Assembly: GCF_024700885.2 (NCBI RefSeq)
Contig: NZ_CP117014.1
From: Escherichia coli
GTDB taxonomy: Bacteria > Pseudomonadota > Gammaproteobacteria > Enterobacterales > Enterobacteriaceae
Reading direction: 5' to 3' (one strand)
DNA length: 64,000 bases
The notes below the pieces were generated by a model. The model saw only the letters and a program-made list of their open reading frames with translations, had not been told where the DNA came from and did not search any database. Each line of letters opens with the position of its first letter. Position 1 is the stretch's first letter. The position numbers were made by a program, and so were the translations under genes. Of this stretch, positions 9,899 to 20,489 are shown one piece after another.

Positions 9899-10705
9899 CT
9901 ATTGTTCCTTTTTGGTGTTCTTTTGGAGCGCATCGATAACGCCTTGTGGCATGATTAAACTGATTGCCGGACTCATTACTGCATCATCCAGTAGAGAACC
10001 AGTTAACGTGATGGCGACAGCGTTTTCTAAACCTTTGGTTGCCTGAGTGGTTGACGTTTTAATGCGACCTGTAAGGGCTACGACACTCTCACTTGCTGAG
10101 TTAATTTCGGAGAGTAAAACTTCGGCGGCTGTCACTGCTTCCCGTAAAGCATCAATTTCATCCTGAGTAATGACTGGAGCCTGAGCGCCCCCAGTACCAC
10201 CCTGTCCACCATTGCTATCACCACCACCAGCACTTCCGGCAGCTTCTATTTTTGCGTTAATGGCGTTCATGGCGGTTTTCAGAGCATCAAGTTTTAGCGC
10301 CGTCAATGCGTCCGTTAGAGATTGCGGAATGGAAACATTCCCCATCCCCTCAACAAGGGCGAAAGCAGGTATGGGGGTCAGCTCGTTACCTTTTACGTAG
10401 CATTCCCAGCCAATCTTCATCTGTAACAGCTCTGATGGCTTGGTGTATGGGGAAAGAGAATCAGCCAGTAATGAAGACGCTTTGCTGGCCTCATTTAGCT
10501 GTTCAGAAAAGCCAAGCAATTGAGTAGTCCAGGCCGAAACAGAATCAGGATAGGTTTTATCGGCGTGAACTATTCCCTGTATGGCGCTGGCGAGTGATGA
10601 GGCTTTTACAGACGCTGCCCGGCTTATGGTTATAGATTCTGGTGTAGAGATACCGGCATCTGACAGAATTTTGAAGGCTTTAACTTCACCTATTGAATCA
10701 AGCAT
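9899..10705 (-). CDS. Hypothetical tail-associated protein (268 aa; start MLDSIGEV overlapping PAAR stop as TAATG)
   Basis: Translational coupling to upstream PAAR-like gene; Ala/Ser/Gly-rich. Confidence 0.35.
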   Translation of the reverse strand: MLDSIGEVKAFKILSDAGISTPESITISRAASVKASSLASAIQGIVHADKTYPDSVSAWTTQLLGFSEQLNEASKASSLLADSLSPYTKPSELLQMKIGWECYVKGNELTPIPAFALVEGMGNVSIPQSLTDALTALKLDALKTAMNAINAKIEAAGSAGGGDSNGGQGGTGGAQAPVITQDEIDALREAVTAAEVLLSEINSASESVVALTGRIKTSTTQATKGLENAVAITLTGSLLDDAVMSPAISLIMPQGVIDALQKNTKKEQ

Positions 10706-10989
10706 TATGCAACCTGAAAAATATCCTCGCCGTTGGCGATAACAGAACCACAAGAAAGCGGATCGCCTACACAGACAACTCCCTTTCCACCTATCGAAAA
10801 CCATACTCGCGTCGATACAGCTGCCCCTGGATGTGCACTGTTACCGTCAGTGTGACTGGGAAACATGGCACCATCTACAACAATTGGCTTACCGTTAACG
10901 GTGAACCAGGGAACAGTTTCAGCTACCAGTCGCGGCGGAAATCCTCCGTGACCAGAACAAAGGGTGTCGCTGGTGGCTATTGCGCTCAT
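10705..10989 (-). CDS. PAAR-like spike tip protein
   Basis: 94 aa with HGG and GDPLSCG-type motifs characteristic of PAAR repeat proteins. Confidence 0.5.
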   Translation of the reverse strand: MSAIATSDTLCSGHGGFPPRLVAETVPWFTVNGKPIVVDGAMFPSHTDGNSAHPGAAVSTRVWFSIGGKGVVCVGDPLSCGSVIANGEDIFQVA

Positions 10990-11069
10990 TCTTCACCTCC
11001 TGGTTATCCTCCTATTGTCATCACTTTGTTATTTCGTCATTCAAACTGAGAGTAAAATTTCGGAATATT

Positions 11070-11231
11070 TTTGTATTCTCAATTCATCCTCAAATAAATC
11101 TCACTGTCAGACCATCATTCATTGGGTGATTAAGATATTCTCAAAATGAACTCAATAATCACTCTTTATTATCTCTTTTGGTGTGGATTTTTGGGTGCTT
11201 CTCTTTTAAAATTGCATTTTGATTCTCAAAT
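11070..11231. repeat. parC-like centromere: ~5 copies of (A/T)TTCTCAA(A/T) upstream of parM
   Basis: Repeats read at ~11075, 11087, 11136, 11150, 11221; located directly upstream of the ParM gene as in type II partition loci. Confidence 0.45.
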
Positions 11232-11255
11232 GTGTCTCAGAAGTGGAGCAAGAAG

Positions 11256-12212
11256 ATGCGCATTTTTATCGATGATGGTTCAACCAATATCAAAATGCTG
11301 TGGGAGCACGACGGGGAAACTCGCACTCACATCAGCCCTAACAGCTTTAAGCGCGGATGGTCAGCAACATTTTGTGCTGGCAAGCCGTTTAACTATGTCA
11401 TTGACGACGAAAAGTATTCGTATGATTTGATCTCGCCAGATGTTCTGCCGACGAATAACGTGGAATGGCAATACAGCCCGCTTAACGTCCTGGCTGTTCA
11501 CCATGCCCTGCTGACAAGTGGCATTGAGCCGCAGGAAGTAGAAATTGTGGTCACGCTGCCTCTGGCGGAGTTTTACGACGACGACGCGCAATACAATCTC
11601 GATAACATCGAGCGCAAGAAAGCCAGCCTTATGCGCCCCGTCACGCTGAATAAAGGCAATGTGTTCACGATTAAGAAAGTTACGGTACGACCGGAGTCTA
11701 TTCCGGCAGGAATTGGCCTGTGCGACAATCTGAACCCTGCCCATTCTATTCTTATCGTCGATTTGGGTGGAACTACCCTTGATGTTTCAATGGTCGCCGG
11801 GCAAATGACGGCAGTTTCCCGTGTTTTTGGCGATTCGAATCTTGGCGTCTCTCTGGTTACCAGGGAAGTAAGGCAAGCGCTTGCCAGAGCCAATACCGAA
11901 ACGTCAAATTACAATGTTGATCAGCTCATTATTAACCGCCACGATGAAGATTATCTGAATGACAATATCAATGACCCATCAGCGATTGGTGATGTGAAAA
12001 AGGCCATTGCCGCAAGCATTGACCGTCTGCGTACCCGCGTTCTTGATGTGATTGGCGACTTTAAAGGATATACGCATGTCATGGTGATCGGTGGTGGCGC
12101 ACCGCTGGTGGCAGATGCAATTCGCGAGCAAGTTAATATTCGTGATGACCGTTTCTTCGTGGCGGATGACCCGCAACTTGCTCTTGTTCATGGCCTGAAA
12201 GCAATCGGTTAA
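11256..12212 (+). CDS. parM: ParM actin-like plasmid segregation ATPase
   Basis: IFIDDGSTNIK phosphate-1 motif and full-length similarity to R1 ParM/StbA; ATG at 11256 with RBS (track ORF starts at upstream GTG 11232). Confidence 0.85.
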   Translation: MRIFIDDGSTNIKMLWEHDGETRTHISPNSFKRGWSATFCAGKPFNYVIDDEKYSYDLISPDVLPTNNVEWQYSPLNVLAVHHALLTSGIEPQEVEIVVTLPLAEFYDDDAQYNLDNIERKKASLMRPVTLNKGNVFTIKKVTVRPESIPAGIGLCDNLNPAHSILIVDLGGTTLDVSMVAGQMTAVSRVFGDSNLGVSLVTREVRQALARANTETSNYNVDQLIINRHDEDYLNDNINDPSAIGDVKKAIAASIDRLRTRVLDVIGDFKGYTHVMVIGGGAPLVADAIREQVNIRDDRFFVADDPQLALVHGLKAIG

Positions 12213-12218
12213 CGAGGT

Positions 12219-12563
12219 ATGTCCATGTCTCAGGAACGTAAGAAAGTGATGATTTATCTTCGCCCAGAGGCTTATGCCAATGAAAAGGCGGCGAGCGAGA
12301 AGATAAAAAAACATAGCGATATGGCAAGAACTGCATTGTTGGCAGGGCTTGCGCTGGGAGAAGTCGATAGCAGGCTTCCAGGATTACTGGCTTCCCTGCT
12401 GACCGAAGACAATAACCCGGAGCTGATCCGAAAAATGCTGGCATCCTTCCTGGAACTACCAGCTGCGGTTGAGGAGCGCCCTGCCTCCATTGAGCCAGTG
12501 AAGGAGCAAGTTGTTGCCAAAAGCGCGTCGGCGCGCAATCTGGCTGACTCTCTACCTGATTGA
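12219..12563 (+). CDS. parR: ParR-like centromere-binding adaptor
   Basis: 114-aa ORF 7 nt downstream of parM; size and position typical of ParR. Confidence 0.6.
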   Translation: MSMSQERKKVMIYLRPEAYANEKAASEKIKKHSDMARTALLAGLALGEVDSRLPGLLASLLTEDNNPELIRKMLASFLELPAAVEERPASIEPVKEQVVAKSASARNLADSLPD

Positions 12564-12583
12564 CAGAAGATGTGCTGGTTTAA

Positions 12584-12606
12584 GGCTGCAAATTGCAGCC
12601 TTTTTT
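12584..12606 (+). terminator. Rho-independent terminator after parR
   Basis: GGCTGCA-aat-TGCAGCC hairpin followed by TTTTTT. Confidence 0.6.
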
Positions 12607-12607
12607 G

Positions 12608-12730
12608 TGCCTTAATGGTGTCTAATTAGTGTTGAACTGGCACCAGTTAGGTGCTGTTATGGTGCAATTTTGTATCTGGTTCCAATTTAGGGCTGATTTC
12701 GTGTTAAATAGGATGCAATATAAGGTGTAT
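12608..12730. repeat. Centromere-like boxes (GGTGCAATT / GGTTCCAATT / GGATGCAAT) upstream of the ParA-like gene
   Basis: Related 9-11 bp boxes at ~12616, 12637, 12660, 12677, 12710; a similar set recurs downstream at 13790-13885. Confidence 0.4.
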
Positions 12731-12850
12731 TTGGTCTGATTGATGTTATACTTTGCCAAACATTCATGACTCCATTATAGAGCCTGTCCCGCATCAAAAA
12801 GGCTCTTATCTGGAACCGTTTTGATACCAAAATCACACCGAGGAACGGAT

Positions 12851-13492
12851 ATGATTATATTGGTAGTCAGCCAAAAAGGTGGCTGTGGAAAATCAACCAC
12901 AAGCGTAAACATCTGTGCGGAGCTTGCCCGCGCAAATAAGGATGTAGTGTTACTAGATGCAGACAAGCAAGGAACAGCTGCCCGCTGGGCAGCTGACCGT
13001 AACACGGCAGAGGTTTCTCCTGTAATTCATTGTGTCCAGAAGTTTGGTAATATTCGAGAAACACTTCTCGATCTGGATAAGCGTTATGAATTTGTTGTTG
13101 TTGATACAGCCGGGCGCGATAGCAAAGAGATGCGTACAGGCATAACCGCTGCAGATATTGTGTTGGTCCCATTCAGACCATCTCAACCAGATTTAGACAC
13201 GCTGGCACACTTTGTTGAAGTGTTTGAAGAGGCTTTGGACCTGATGCCTAATCCTAGCATTAAGGCGTTCGCAGTCTTAACAATGGCCCCATCCAATCCG
13301 GTTGTGAATGAAACCAATGAGGCCAAAGAGTACCTGGCTGAATATCCGCAACTGAAGTTGCTGAAAACCATCATTCGTGATCGTAAGGTTTACCGCGATT
13401 GCATGGCTGAAGGGAAGGGCGTTGTTGAGATGGACAACGGGAAAGCTAAAGGTGAAATCCAGATGTTGGTTAAGGAGTTATTAAGTGATTAA
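12851..13492 (+). CDS. ParA/Soj-family partition ATPase (small type Ib)
   Basis: Deviant Walker A KGGCGKST near N-terminus; ATG at 12851 with GAGGAA RBS. Confidence 0.8.
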   Translation: MIILVVSQKGGCGKSTTSVNICAELARANKDVVLLDADKQGTAARWAADRNTAEVSPVIHCVQKFGNIRETLLDLDKRYEFVVVDTAGRDSKEMRTGITAADIVLVPFRPSQPDLDTLAHFVEVFEEALDLMPNPSIKAFAVLTMAPSNPVVNETNEAKEYLAEYPQLKLLKTIIRDRKVYRDCMAEGKGVVEMDNGKAKGEIQMLVKELLSD

Positions 13493-13772
13493 GCCTCGTA
13501 AATCGGTAAAAGCCCCCGAAGTAAAAGACCCCGATCTTGAACGCCGAATTGAGGATTTTGCAAGTAAGGCTGATTTGGTGCCGGGTGAGCAACCAGAAGA
13601 CAACAAAGTGCTCGATAAGGACGCTCCACGTGATTTTAAATCTATTCGTGTTGGTTTCAATGAATACGAGTACCAGGTACTTGATGCGTTGAGCAAAAAG
13701 CATAATCGCAGCAAATTGAATATGATCCGCCATGCTATCCTCATGTTAGCGGAGTCTGAGGAAGCAAAATAA
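13485..13772 (+). CDS. ParG-like small centromere-binding protein (putative RHH)
   Basis: 95-aa basic protein overlapping the ParA stop; arrangement typical of ParF/ParG-type loci. Confidence 0.5.
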   Translation: MIKPRKSVKAPEVKDPDLERRIEDFASKADLVPGEQPEDNKVLDKDAPRDFKSIRVGFNEYEYQVLDALSKKHNRSKLNMIRHAILMLAESEEAK

Positions 13773-13789
13773 AGTCTTTCAGGTTGGTT

Positions 13790-13885
13790 TTAGAACTTAA
13801 AAAGTCTTGAACCAAAGGTGCACCAATACACCACTAATTTGGTGCACCTTTACATCCTTTTTGGTTCCAATTGTGTACCATTTGT
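13790..13885. repeat. Second set of centromere-like boxes downstream of ParG-like gene
   Basis: GGTGCACCAAT, TTGGTGCACC, GGTTCCAATT, GTGTACCATT at ~13818-13883. Confidence 0.4.
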
Positions 13886-14040
13886 CATTAATTTACTTAT
13901 GCGCAAAAGTGGGCTTCATGAAAAAGCTCATTATTGAAATAACGATAGAAAGTAATTTCTAATCAACTAGTGGTTGTCAGCCTATTCGGCTTATAAGATC
14001 ATACGCTGTTATACGTTGTTTACGCTTTGAGGAATCCACA

Positions 14041-15702
14041 ATGAGTGAGGCAGAAGCCCGCCCGACTAACTTTATTCGTCAGATCATCGATGAAGATCTG
14101 GCCAGTGGTAAGCACACCACAGTACATACCCGTTTCCCGCCGGAACCGAATGGCTATCTGCATATTGGTCATGCGAAATCTATCTGCCTGAACTTCGGGA
14201 TCGCCCAGGACTATAAAGGCCAGTGCAACCTGCGTTTCGACGACACTAACCCGGTAAAAGAAGATATCGAGTACGTCGAGTCGATTAAAAACGACGTTGA
14301 ATGGTTAGGTTTTCACTGGTCTGGCAACATCCGTTACTCCTCCGATTATTTTGACAAACTCCATGCCTATGCTGTTGAACTGATCAACAAAGGCCTGGCG
14401 TATGTTGACGAACTGACGCCGGAACAGATCCGCGAATACCGCGGCACCCTGACGCAGCCGGGTAAAAACAGCCCGTACCGCGACCGCAGCGTTGAAGAGA
14501 ACCTGGCGCTGTTCGAAAAAATGCGTGCCGGTGGTTTTGAAGAAGGTAAAGCCTGCCTGCGTGCGAAAATCGACATGGCTTCGCCGTTTATCGTGATGCG
14601 CGACCCGGTGCTGTACCGCATTAAGTTTGCTGAACATCACCAGACTGGCAACAAGTGGTGCATCTACCCGATGTACGACTTCACCCACTGCATCAGCGAT
14701 GCGCTGGAAGGTATTACGCACTCTCTGTGTACGCTTGAGTTCCAGGACAACCGTCGTCTGTATGACTGGGTACTGGACAACATCACCATTCCTGTTCACC
14801 CGCGCCAGTACGAATTTTCGCGCCTGAATCTGGAATACACTGTGATGTCCAAGCGTAAGCTGAACCTGCTGGTGACCGACAAGCACGTTGAAGGCTGGGA
14901 TGACCCGCGTATGCCGACCATTTCCGGTCTGCGTCGTCGTGGTTACACTGCGGCTTCTATTCGTGAGTTCTGCAAACGCATCGGCGTGACCAAGCAGGAC
15001 AACACCATTGAGATGGCGTCGCTGGAATCCTGCATCCGTGAAGATCTCAACGAAAATGCGCCGCGCGCAATGGCGGTTATCGATCCGGTGAAACTGGTTA
15101 TCGAAAACTACCAGGGCGAAGGCGAAATGGTCACCATGCCGAACCATCCAAACAAACCGGAAATGGGTAGCCGTCAGGTGCCGTTTAGCGGTGAGATTTG
15201 GATCGACCGCGCCGATTTCCGCGAAGAAGCTAACAAGCAGTACAAACGTCTGGTGCTGGGTAAAGAAGTGCGTCTGCGTAATGCTTACGTCATTAAGGCT
15301 GAACGCGTGGAGAAAGATGCCGAAGGCAATATCACCACCATCTTCTGTACTTATGACGCCGACACCTTAAGCAAAGATCCGGCAGATGGTCGTAAAGTGA
15401 AAGGCGTTATTCACTGGGTGAGCGCGGCACATGCGCTGCCGGTTGAAATCCGCCTGTACGATCGTCTGTTCAGCGTGCCGAACCCAGGTGCTGCGGATGA
15501 TTTCCTGTCGGTGATTAACCCGGAATCGCTGGTGATCAAACAGGGTTTTGCTGAACCGTCGCTGAAAGAAGCGGTAGCGGGTAAAGCATTCCAGTTTGAG
15601 CGTGAAGGTTATTTCTGCCTCGACAGCCGCCATTCTACGGCGGAAAAACCGGTATTTAACCGCACCGTTGGGCTGCGTGATACCTGGGCGAAGTTAGGTT
15701 AA
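14041..15702 (+). CDS. glnS: Glutaminyl-tRNA synthetase
   Basis: 553-aa class I aaRS with HIGH (LHIGHAKS) and KMSKS-like (VMSKR) motifs; essentially indistinguishable by eye from enterobacterial GlnRS; own terminator. Confidence 0.95.
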   Translation: MSEAEARPTNFIRQIIDEDLASGKHTTVHTRFPPEPNGYLHIGHAKSICLNFGIAQDYKGQCNLRFDDTNPVKEDIEYVESIKNDVEWLGFHWSGNIRYSSDYFDKLHAYAVELINKGLAYVDELTPEQIREYRGTLTQPGKNSPYRDRSVEENLALFEKMRAGGFEEGKACLRAKIDMASPFIVMRDPVLYRIKFAEHHQTGNKWCIYPMYDFTHCISDALEGITHSLCTLEFQDNRRLYDWVLDNITIPVHPRQYEFSRLNLEYTVMSKRKLNLLVTDKHVEGWDDPRMPTISGLRRRGYTAASIREFCKRIGVTKQDNTIEMASLESCIREDLNENAPRAMAVIDPVKLVIENYQGEGEMVTMPNHPNKPEMGSRQVPFSGEIWIDRADFREEANKQYKRLVLGKEVRLRNAYVIKAERVEKDAEGNITTIFCTYDADTLSKDPADGRKVKGVIHWVSAAHALPVEIRLYDRLFSVPNPGAADDFLSVINPESLVIKQGFAEPSLKEAVAGKAFQFEREGYFCLDSRHSTAEKPVFNRTVGLRDTWAKLG

Positions 15703-15726
15703 TAGGTATTTCGCCACATAAAAAAG

Positions 15727-15753
15727 TAAACGCCGCTACTGCGGCGTTTTTTA
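15727..15753 (+). terminator. Rho-independent terminator after glnS
   Basis: AAACGCCGC-tact-GCGGCGTTT hairpin followed by T-tract. Confidence 0.65.
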
Positions 15754-17979
15754 CTTCATTATTGCAATTATATCGTTAGCAACTACACGTGTTGACGCCT
15801 TGCAGGACACCGACCGTCTGGCTGCCATATGATGTACTTTAAACCCGTTTCGTTCATATAGTTCACGGATGTTTGGCGCACCACTATTTGTTATCACTAC
15901 CTTAGCGCCGCGCTGGTGGGCTTCCACCAATAGAGATACCAGCCGTTTCTGTTCGTCGAAACGGAAGCTATTTCCTGAATAACTGGTAAACCCTTCTGTA
16001 TCCGGCAGCGGTTCATACGGCGGATCGCAAAAAATCACATCGCCTTCACCAGCCGCCTCGATGACGCCAGCAAAGTCACCTGATACAAAGGACGTGTTTT
16101 TGAGTACGTCATCAGCCAAAAATGCCTCCATCTCTGCATGTGGGAAGTAGGGCGCTTTGTATTTGCCATACCCCACGTTGAACTCGCCATTTTGGTTGTA
16201 CCGCGTTACGCCATTAAAACAGTGCCGATTAAGGTACAAAAAGGCGGCAGCATGATGTAGCTGGTCATACTTTCCTCTGTTAAATGCCTCGCGCACTTCG
16301 AGGTAAGCGTCAGCGTTGTTGTAATTTTTGAAAAAACTATATGCCAGCGTGACGAGCGAATGTCCCTCTCGCTGCAATGTCTGATAGAAGTTAATCAGGT
16401 CACCGTTAATATCATTAAGCAGGTTGTGGCGAAATCCTGCATTCGTAAATACGGAACCGCCACCAACGAATGGTTCTATTAACCGCTTGCCGTGTGGTAG
16501 ATGCTCAAGCACTGTAGGCAACTCTGAGAATTTACCGCCTACCCATTTGAATATTGGGCGTTCATATTCATCCGGAGTCCGGAGTTTTCTTGTGTAGGTA
16601 ATGGTATTTATTGTTTTTTGCTGTTTATCCGCTACGGTCGCAAGAATGCGACACCCTATCCATTGCATAACAGGAACTGCCATGCTGTTGCCGATCGCTT
16701 TGTAACGCGGTCCGTCAGCTGCAAGCATCGCGGCCTCTTCTTCGCTTAAATCTGGATAGTGATTGCGAAGGTATGCCAGTTCATCTGAAGAAACTTTTTT
16801 ACGCTTTTCCGTAGGGATCAACGTGTGCCCGTCAGGAAAGCCCTGCAGGCGTTCGCACTCGACAGGCGTTAAGCGACGTACTGCCACTCCGACGTTCGCA
16901 CTGTCAAAAACAGCCAGGTCGGTTGCATCCTTAAAATCTCTGGCCTTGACCGTGGAAGCCGCCTCATCATCCGCATACTCACCAAATGCTACCATCCGGT
17001 AAGCACCGACAAGCCCACTTCCGCGCTGTGAAAAAATCTCCTGGTTGCTTGCACCCGTCCCGCCGGTATTGTGCGATCGGGCAAGTGTCGGGTGAGGATT
17101 TACAGGGTTATCCCAATGGCTCCCGCTTTTAATGCCATTTCCAACATTTCCGGCAACTTCCTTCCCCTCGCCTCTGCTCGGCGCAATATCCCGGCGCACG
17201 CCTTCGAACTCAAAAAGTACCGTTGCGGGATCGAGGTCTGTTCGAGCACTTGCGACAACAAACACGCGTCGGCGTCGTTGTGCCACTCCGAAGTATTGGG
17301 CATCAAGTATTCTCCAGGCCACCTTTCGCTGCGGTCCATAAATACAACCACACTGCGGCCACTTTGGAGCATGGCAACCGGTTTTGCCATCCCACCGCCA
17401 GAACGCGTTACTTTTTCCTGATTCAGGTCGATCACCTGGTTCAAATGGTGCATCTTCTCCAGCCAATCCGGCAAGGAAACATCCGAAGGCGTTATCTGCC
17501 GATGACAGGACTCCTGGGACATTTTCCCAGACGATAACTGTCGGTTTGAGGAAGGACTCAGACCGTTTGTCGTCAATTGCATTTGCAAGCTCCACATACT
17601 TCAAAGTTAGCGCGCCGCGCTCATCATCAAGCCCACCACGTAATCCCGCGATACTGAATGCCTGACAAGGTGTTCCCCCGACGAGCACATCAGGGGATTC
17701 GATTTCCCCAGCCAGGACTTTTTTGGCAAGTTTTGTCATATCGCCAAGGTTGGCGATATGAGGCCAGCGGTGCGCAAGAACGGCAGATGGAAAAGGCTCA
17801 ATTTCAGCAAACCACGCCGGACGCATACCCAACGGTTCCCAGGCAATGCTCGCGGCTTCAATTCCACTGCAAACTGAACCATATCGAAGGTTAACGTTCT
17901 GCTTCACCGCCAATGGCCTCCACCAGCGCGTTAAACAGTGCAGATAATTCGCCCGTAAAGAGCACGAAATCAGCATCAA
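15751..17979 (-). CDS. dmt: Bifunctional DNA methyltransferase: N-terminal C5-cytosine (Dcm-type) plus C-terminal N6-adenine (Dam-type), P1 Dmt-like
   Basis: Motifs [22 protein letters not shown] in N-terminal half; DPPY and Dam-like region in C-terminal half; start uncertain, ORF overlaps rdgC 3' end by ~88 nt. Confidence 0.8.
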   Translation of the reverse strand: MMLISCSLRANYLHCLTRWWRPLAVKQNVNLRYGSVCSGIEAASIAWEPLGMRPAWFAEIEPFPSAVLAHRWPHIANLGDMTKLAKKVLAGEIESPDVLVGGTPCQAFSIAGLRGGLDDERGALTLKYVELANAIDDKRSESFLKPTVIVWENVPGVLSSADNAFGCFLAGLAGEDAPFEPGDRPESGKSNAFWRWDGKTGCHAPKWPQCGCIYGPQRKVAWRILDAQYFGVAQRRRRVFVVASARTDLDPATVLFEFEGVRRDIAPSRGEGKEVAGNVGNGIKSGSHWDNPVNPHPTLARSHNTGGTGASNQEIFSQRGSGLVGAYRMVAFGEYADDEAASTVKARDFKDATDLAVFDSANVGVAVRRLTPVECERLQGFPDGHTLIPTEKRKKVSSDELAYLRNHYPDLSEEEAAMLAADGPRYKAIGNSMAVPVMQWIGCRILATVADKQQKTINTITYTRKLRTPDEYERPIFKWVGGKFSELPTVLEHLPHGKRLIEPFVGGGSVFTNAGFRHNLLNDINGDLINFYQTLQREGHSLVTLAYSFFKNYNNADAYLEVREAFNRGKYDQLHHAAAFLYLNRHCFNGVTRYNQNGEFNVGYGKYKAPYFPHAEMEAFLADDVLKNTSFVSGDFAGVIEAAGEGDVIFCDPPYEPLPDTEGFTSYSGNSFRFDEQKRLVSLLVEAHQRGAKVVITNSGAPNIRELYERNGFKVHHMAARRSVSCKASTRVVANDIIAIMK

Positions 17980-18796
17980 ATCGTTGTGCTACATCCTCCC
18001 GGTCGATATCGTCATTCTGGTCATAGAGATCATCACAGAATGTCAGGGCTTTGATACTCATATCATCGTTGACTCTGAACGACGCGCGTTCCATCCAGTT
18101 AATTGCAACGGTCGTAGCTACTTTCCCCGCCTCAATGTGAGACATAATCTCGTCGGACTGTAGATCAACTTTGTTGCAGCGAACGGCACCACCATTATCG
18201 AGCAGACCCTTTAATGTGGCGTCTTCACCTGCTGTAAATCCGGCAGGGAAGCCGCTTTTAAACCACTCGGTCATTGTAATTTCCAGCGGTTCGCGTGGTG
18301 TGAATGGAATGACAGGCAGGCTGCCGAGCGATTTTCGCAATAAAGCCAGCTGGTCCTCTGCCTTTTTGGCGCTGCTTGCCTCAACGAATACCAGATGGTT
18401 GCTGCGGTCGATCAGGATTTTGGCAAGTGATTTTCTCGTGAACGCGCGAGGCAAAAGTGAATGCAGGACTTCATCTTTAAGACTGTCTCTTTCCGTTTTC
18501 TTCAGCTTGCGGGCTTGCTCTTCTTCGAGTTTCAGGACTTTTTTCTGCAACTCTTCCTTGAGCACCTGCGAGGGGAGAATTTTTTCTTCTCGCTTATGCT
18601 GTATTAGCAGAAAACCCTGGTATTCATGTGTGAGGTTGTCACCAAGAACGGAGGTCCAACCAGCTTTAGCCATATCCTGAGAACCGCATGGGGTAAACAC
18701 AAACTTGCTAAGGGCTGCATTTACTTCTGCAGTATCCCAGCTAACTTCGCGTGAAAGACGATAGATGAAGATATTTTTGAAAGCGACTGATCTCAT
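17891..18796 (-). CDS. rdgC: Recombination-associated protein RdgC homolog
   Basis: 301 aa collinear with E. coli RdgC ([40 protein letters not shown]); ATG start, motif copy ~35 bp upstream. Confidence 0.8.
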   Translation of the reverse strand: MRSVAFKNIFIYRLSREVSWDTAEVNAALSKFVFTPCGSQDMAKAGWTSVLGDNLTHEYQGFLLIQHKREEKILPSQVLKEELQKKVLKLEEEQARKLKKTERDSLKDEVLHSLLPRAFTRKSLAKILIDRSNHLVFVEASSAKKAEDQLALLRKSLGSLPVIPFTPREPLEITMTEWFKSGFPAGFTAGEDATLKGLLDNGGAVRCNKVDLQSDEIMSHIEAGKVATTVAINWMERASFRVNDDMSIKALTFCDDLYDQNDDIDREDVAQRFDADFVLFTGELSALFNALVEAIGGEAER

Positions 18797-18807
18797 TTCT
18801 CACCATT

Positions 18808-18841
18808 TGTGTTAGAAAATACGCGTTAATTATCTAACACA
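18808..18841. promoter_or_regulatory. Palindromic operator-like site TGTGTTAGAAAA-N-TTATCTAACACA in the rdgC promoter region
   Basis: GTTAGA-N16-TCTAAC read directly; same architecture at 32812-32829 and 35654-35681. Confidence 0.45.
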
Positions 18842-18855
18842 AATGGGTGCATTTT

Positions 18856-19509
18856 CTATCCTTTCTTGAAATCGAAGTTGCCAGCAGTGGCCTGAAAGGT
18901 TCCCCCTGCCTTGAAAGCTATGTCCCCGTTAGCGGTGACAGCAATATTTTCCCCATTAACATTGATGTTGTTGGCTGATTTGACGTTAACACTCCCTCCT
19001 GCATTCACGATTACATCAGCCGGACCAATGATATATATCTGCCCGGACTCATTCATGCCAATCCTTGAGCCTGCTGCCGTATTGGCAATTTCATAGCCGC
19101 CACCAGCAGTTCGTACTTCAAGAATATTGTTGCGGTGAATAACGAAGTCTTTCGTTGCTGAGATTTGGGGGCGGGGAGGTGCTCCATCTACTTCCGGCGG
19201 CGTCCAGCCGTTGCCTTTGCCAGATGCTTCTGGTGCAACGTTTGGAATTCCTCCCGGTGCATCCTGAGCGGCACCAACTATCATTGGGCGTCTGGTGTCT
19301 ATTCGACCGTTAACATCTAAATAAGGAAACTCTACCCAGACCAGGTCACCTTTGACTGTGGGTACAAAAGCGTTTCCGATGGGTAACAGGTATTCCGCCC
19401 AGGGTAGATCGTCATCAGGAACGCCATTCCAGTCAGGTAAAACACGGACTTGAGCACGCATAAGCCCTGCCGGGTGCACAGTTCCAACAATTTGCGCTCT
19501 ACGCTTCAT
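18856..19509 (-). CDS. Baseplate spike/hub protein (gpV-like OB-fold N-terminus, beta-helical C-terminus)
   Basis: N-terminal pattern resembling phage baseplate assembly protein V; C-terminal NINVNGENIAVTANG repeats. Confidence 0.45.
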   Translation of the reverse strand: MKRRAQIVGTVHPAGLMRAQVRVLPDWNGVPDDDLPWAEYLLPIGNAFVPTVKGDLVWVEFPYLDVNGRIDTRRPMIVGAAQDAPGGIPNVAPEASGKGNGWTPPEVDGAPPRPQISATKDFVIHRNNILEVRTAGGGYEIANTAAGSRIGMNESGQIYIIGPADVIVNAGGSVNVKSANNINVNGENIAVTANGDIAFKAGGTFQATAGNFDFKKG

Positions 19510-20486
19510 TTGTTCGGCACTCCTAATATCATTCGTGTTGTGTAGCCTACGCGGTCCTCAAAGTGCGCAACATTTTTTACTATCAGCTTACGGGGCATTG
19601 ATTCATCAATGCGGTTTTCCTGGTCATAGCGGTATACGATAATCTCTATTACCATCCCCGGTTTTATATCAGGATTGCCTGCGACTTCTATATCCATTTT
19701 GGGGACGAGAGACAGCTGCATATTGCGAAGAGTTTCCATATCAGAGTCGGATATATAACGCACTGGGAGTGAGCTATCGCCATATTCGACGTAGCCATCG
19801 GTCATGGAATACCCAACAAAACGATATTGATTCTTTGCTGTTGTCGCATGTTCCTGTTGGAGTAGGCGCATTTTGGACAAAGTGTATTCTGCTTTAGGGT
19901 TATTCCCCTCGTAGGTAAATGATGGCGTTTGCTTCATCAGATCAGCCAGGGTGTAAAAGTTCAATTCCCCCCGGCATACCCAACATAATGCACCTTTGTC
20001 TCGCGCTATCTCCGAAAGCATTTTTGACGGTTTGTCACCGGCATTCAGATGATATGTAACTGCGCGTTTTAGCACGCTGCTGGTAATTTTAAGCTTGCCG
20101 GAATATGCCTTGAATATAGCGTCTGGTGTTTTGTTGGTATGTAAATTTGTGCGCGGGGAGGGGATCTTAAACCTGCGCACGTCTTCACTGACAGCAATAA
20201 CGGTAACAACATCACCAGCCAGCATTGCAGACGTAACAAAGAAATCTGTTTTAAAAGTGCCTGCATTACCGTTTGGATCGCCCATTTCAGCCACCAGCGA
20301 TGCACCGTATTTGGCTTTCCAGTCATCAATTACGGTGCCGGTAGCGTCATGAATTTCCAGTTTTAGCAAAGGGGCTTTGAGGCTGGTTTTTTCTACATAT
20401 ACTGCGGTAAAAATCCAGTCTCGAGGCACTTTGTTATCGTTAATGAGCACTGACTGTAGAAAATATTGTTGTAACTCCTGGGCCAC
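19506..20486 (-). CDS. Putative baseplate protein (326 aa)
   Basis: Translationally coupled to spike gene; no motif recognised. Confidence 0.3.
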   Translation of the reverse strand: MAQELQQYFLQSVLINDNKVPRDWIFTAVYVEKTSLKAPLLKLEIHDATGTVIDDWKAKYGASLVAEMGDPNGNAGTFKTDFFVTSAMLAGDVVTVIAVSEDVRRFKIPSPRTNLHTNKTPDAIFKAYSGKLKITSSVLKRAVTYHLNAGDKPSKMLSEIARDKGALCWVCRGELNFYTLADLMKQTPSFTYEGNNPKAEYTLSKMRLLQQEHATTAKNQYRFVGYSMTDGYVEYGDSSLPVRYISDSDMETLRNMQLSLVPKMDIEVAGNPDIKPGMVIEIIVYRYDQENRIDESMPRKLIVKNVAHFEDRVGYTTRMILGVPNK

Positions 20487-20489
20487 TTA

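Noticed and set aside
13940-13965. AATTTCTAATCAA upstream of glnS, resembling the dispersed motif
   Set aside because: Diverges at the conserved ACA core; likely chance similarity within host-derived promoter sequence.
14305-15147. 280-aa minus-strand ORF
   Set aside because: Antisense to the well-supported glnS; no RBS or motif.
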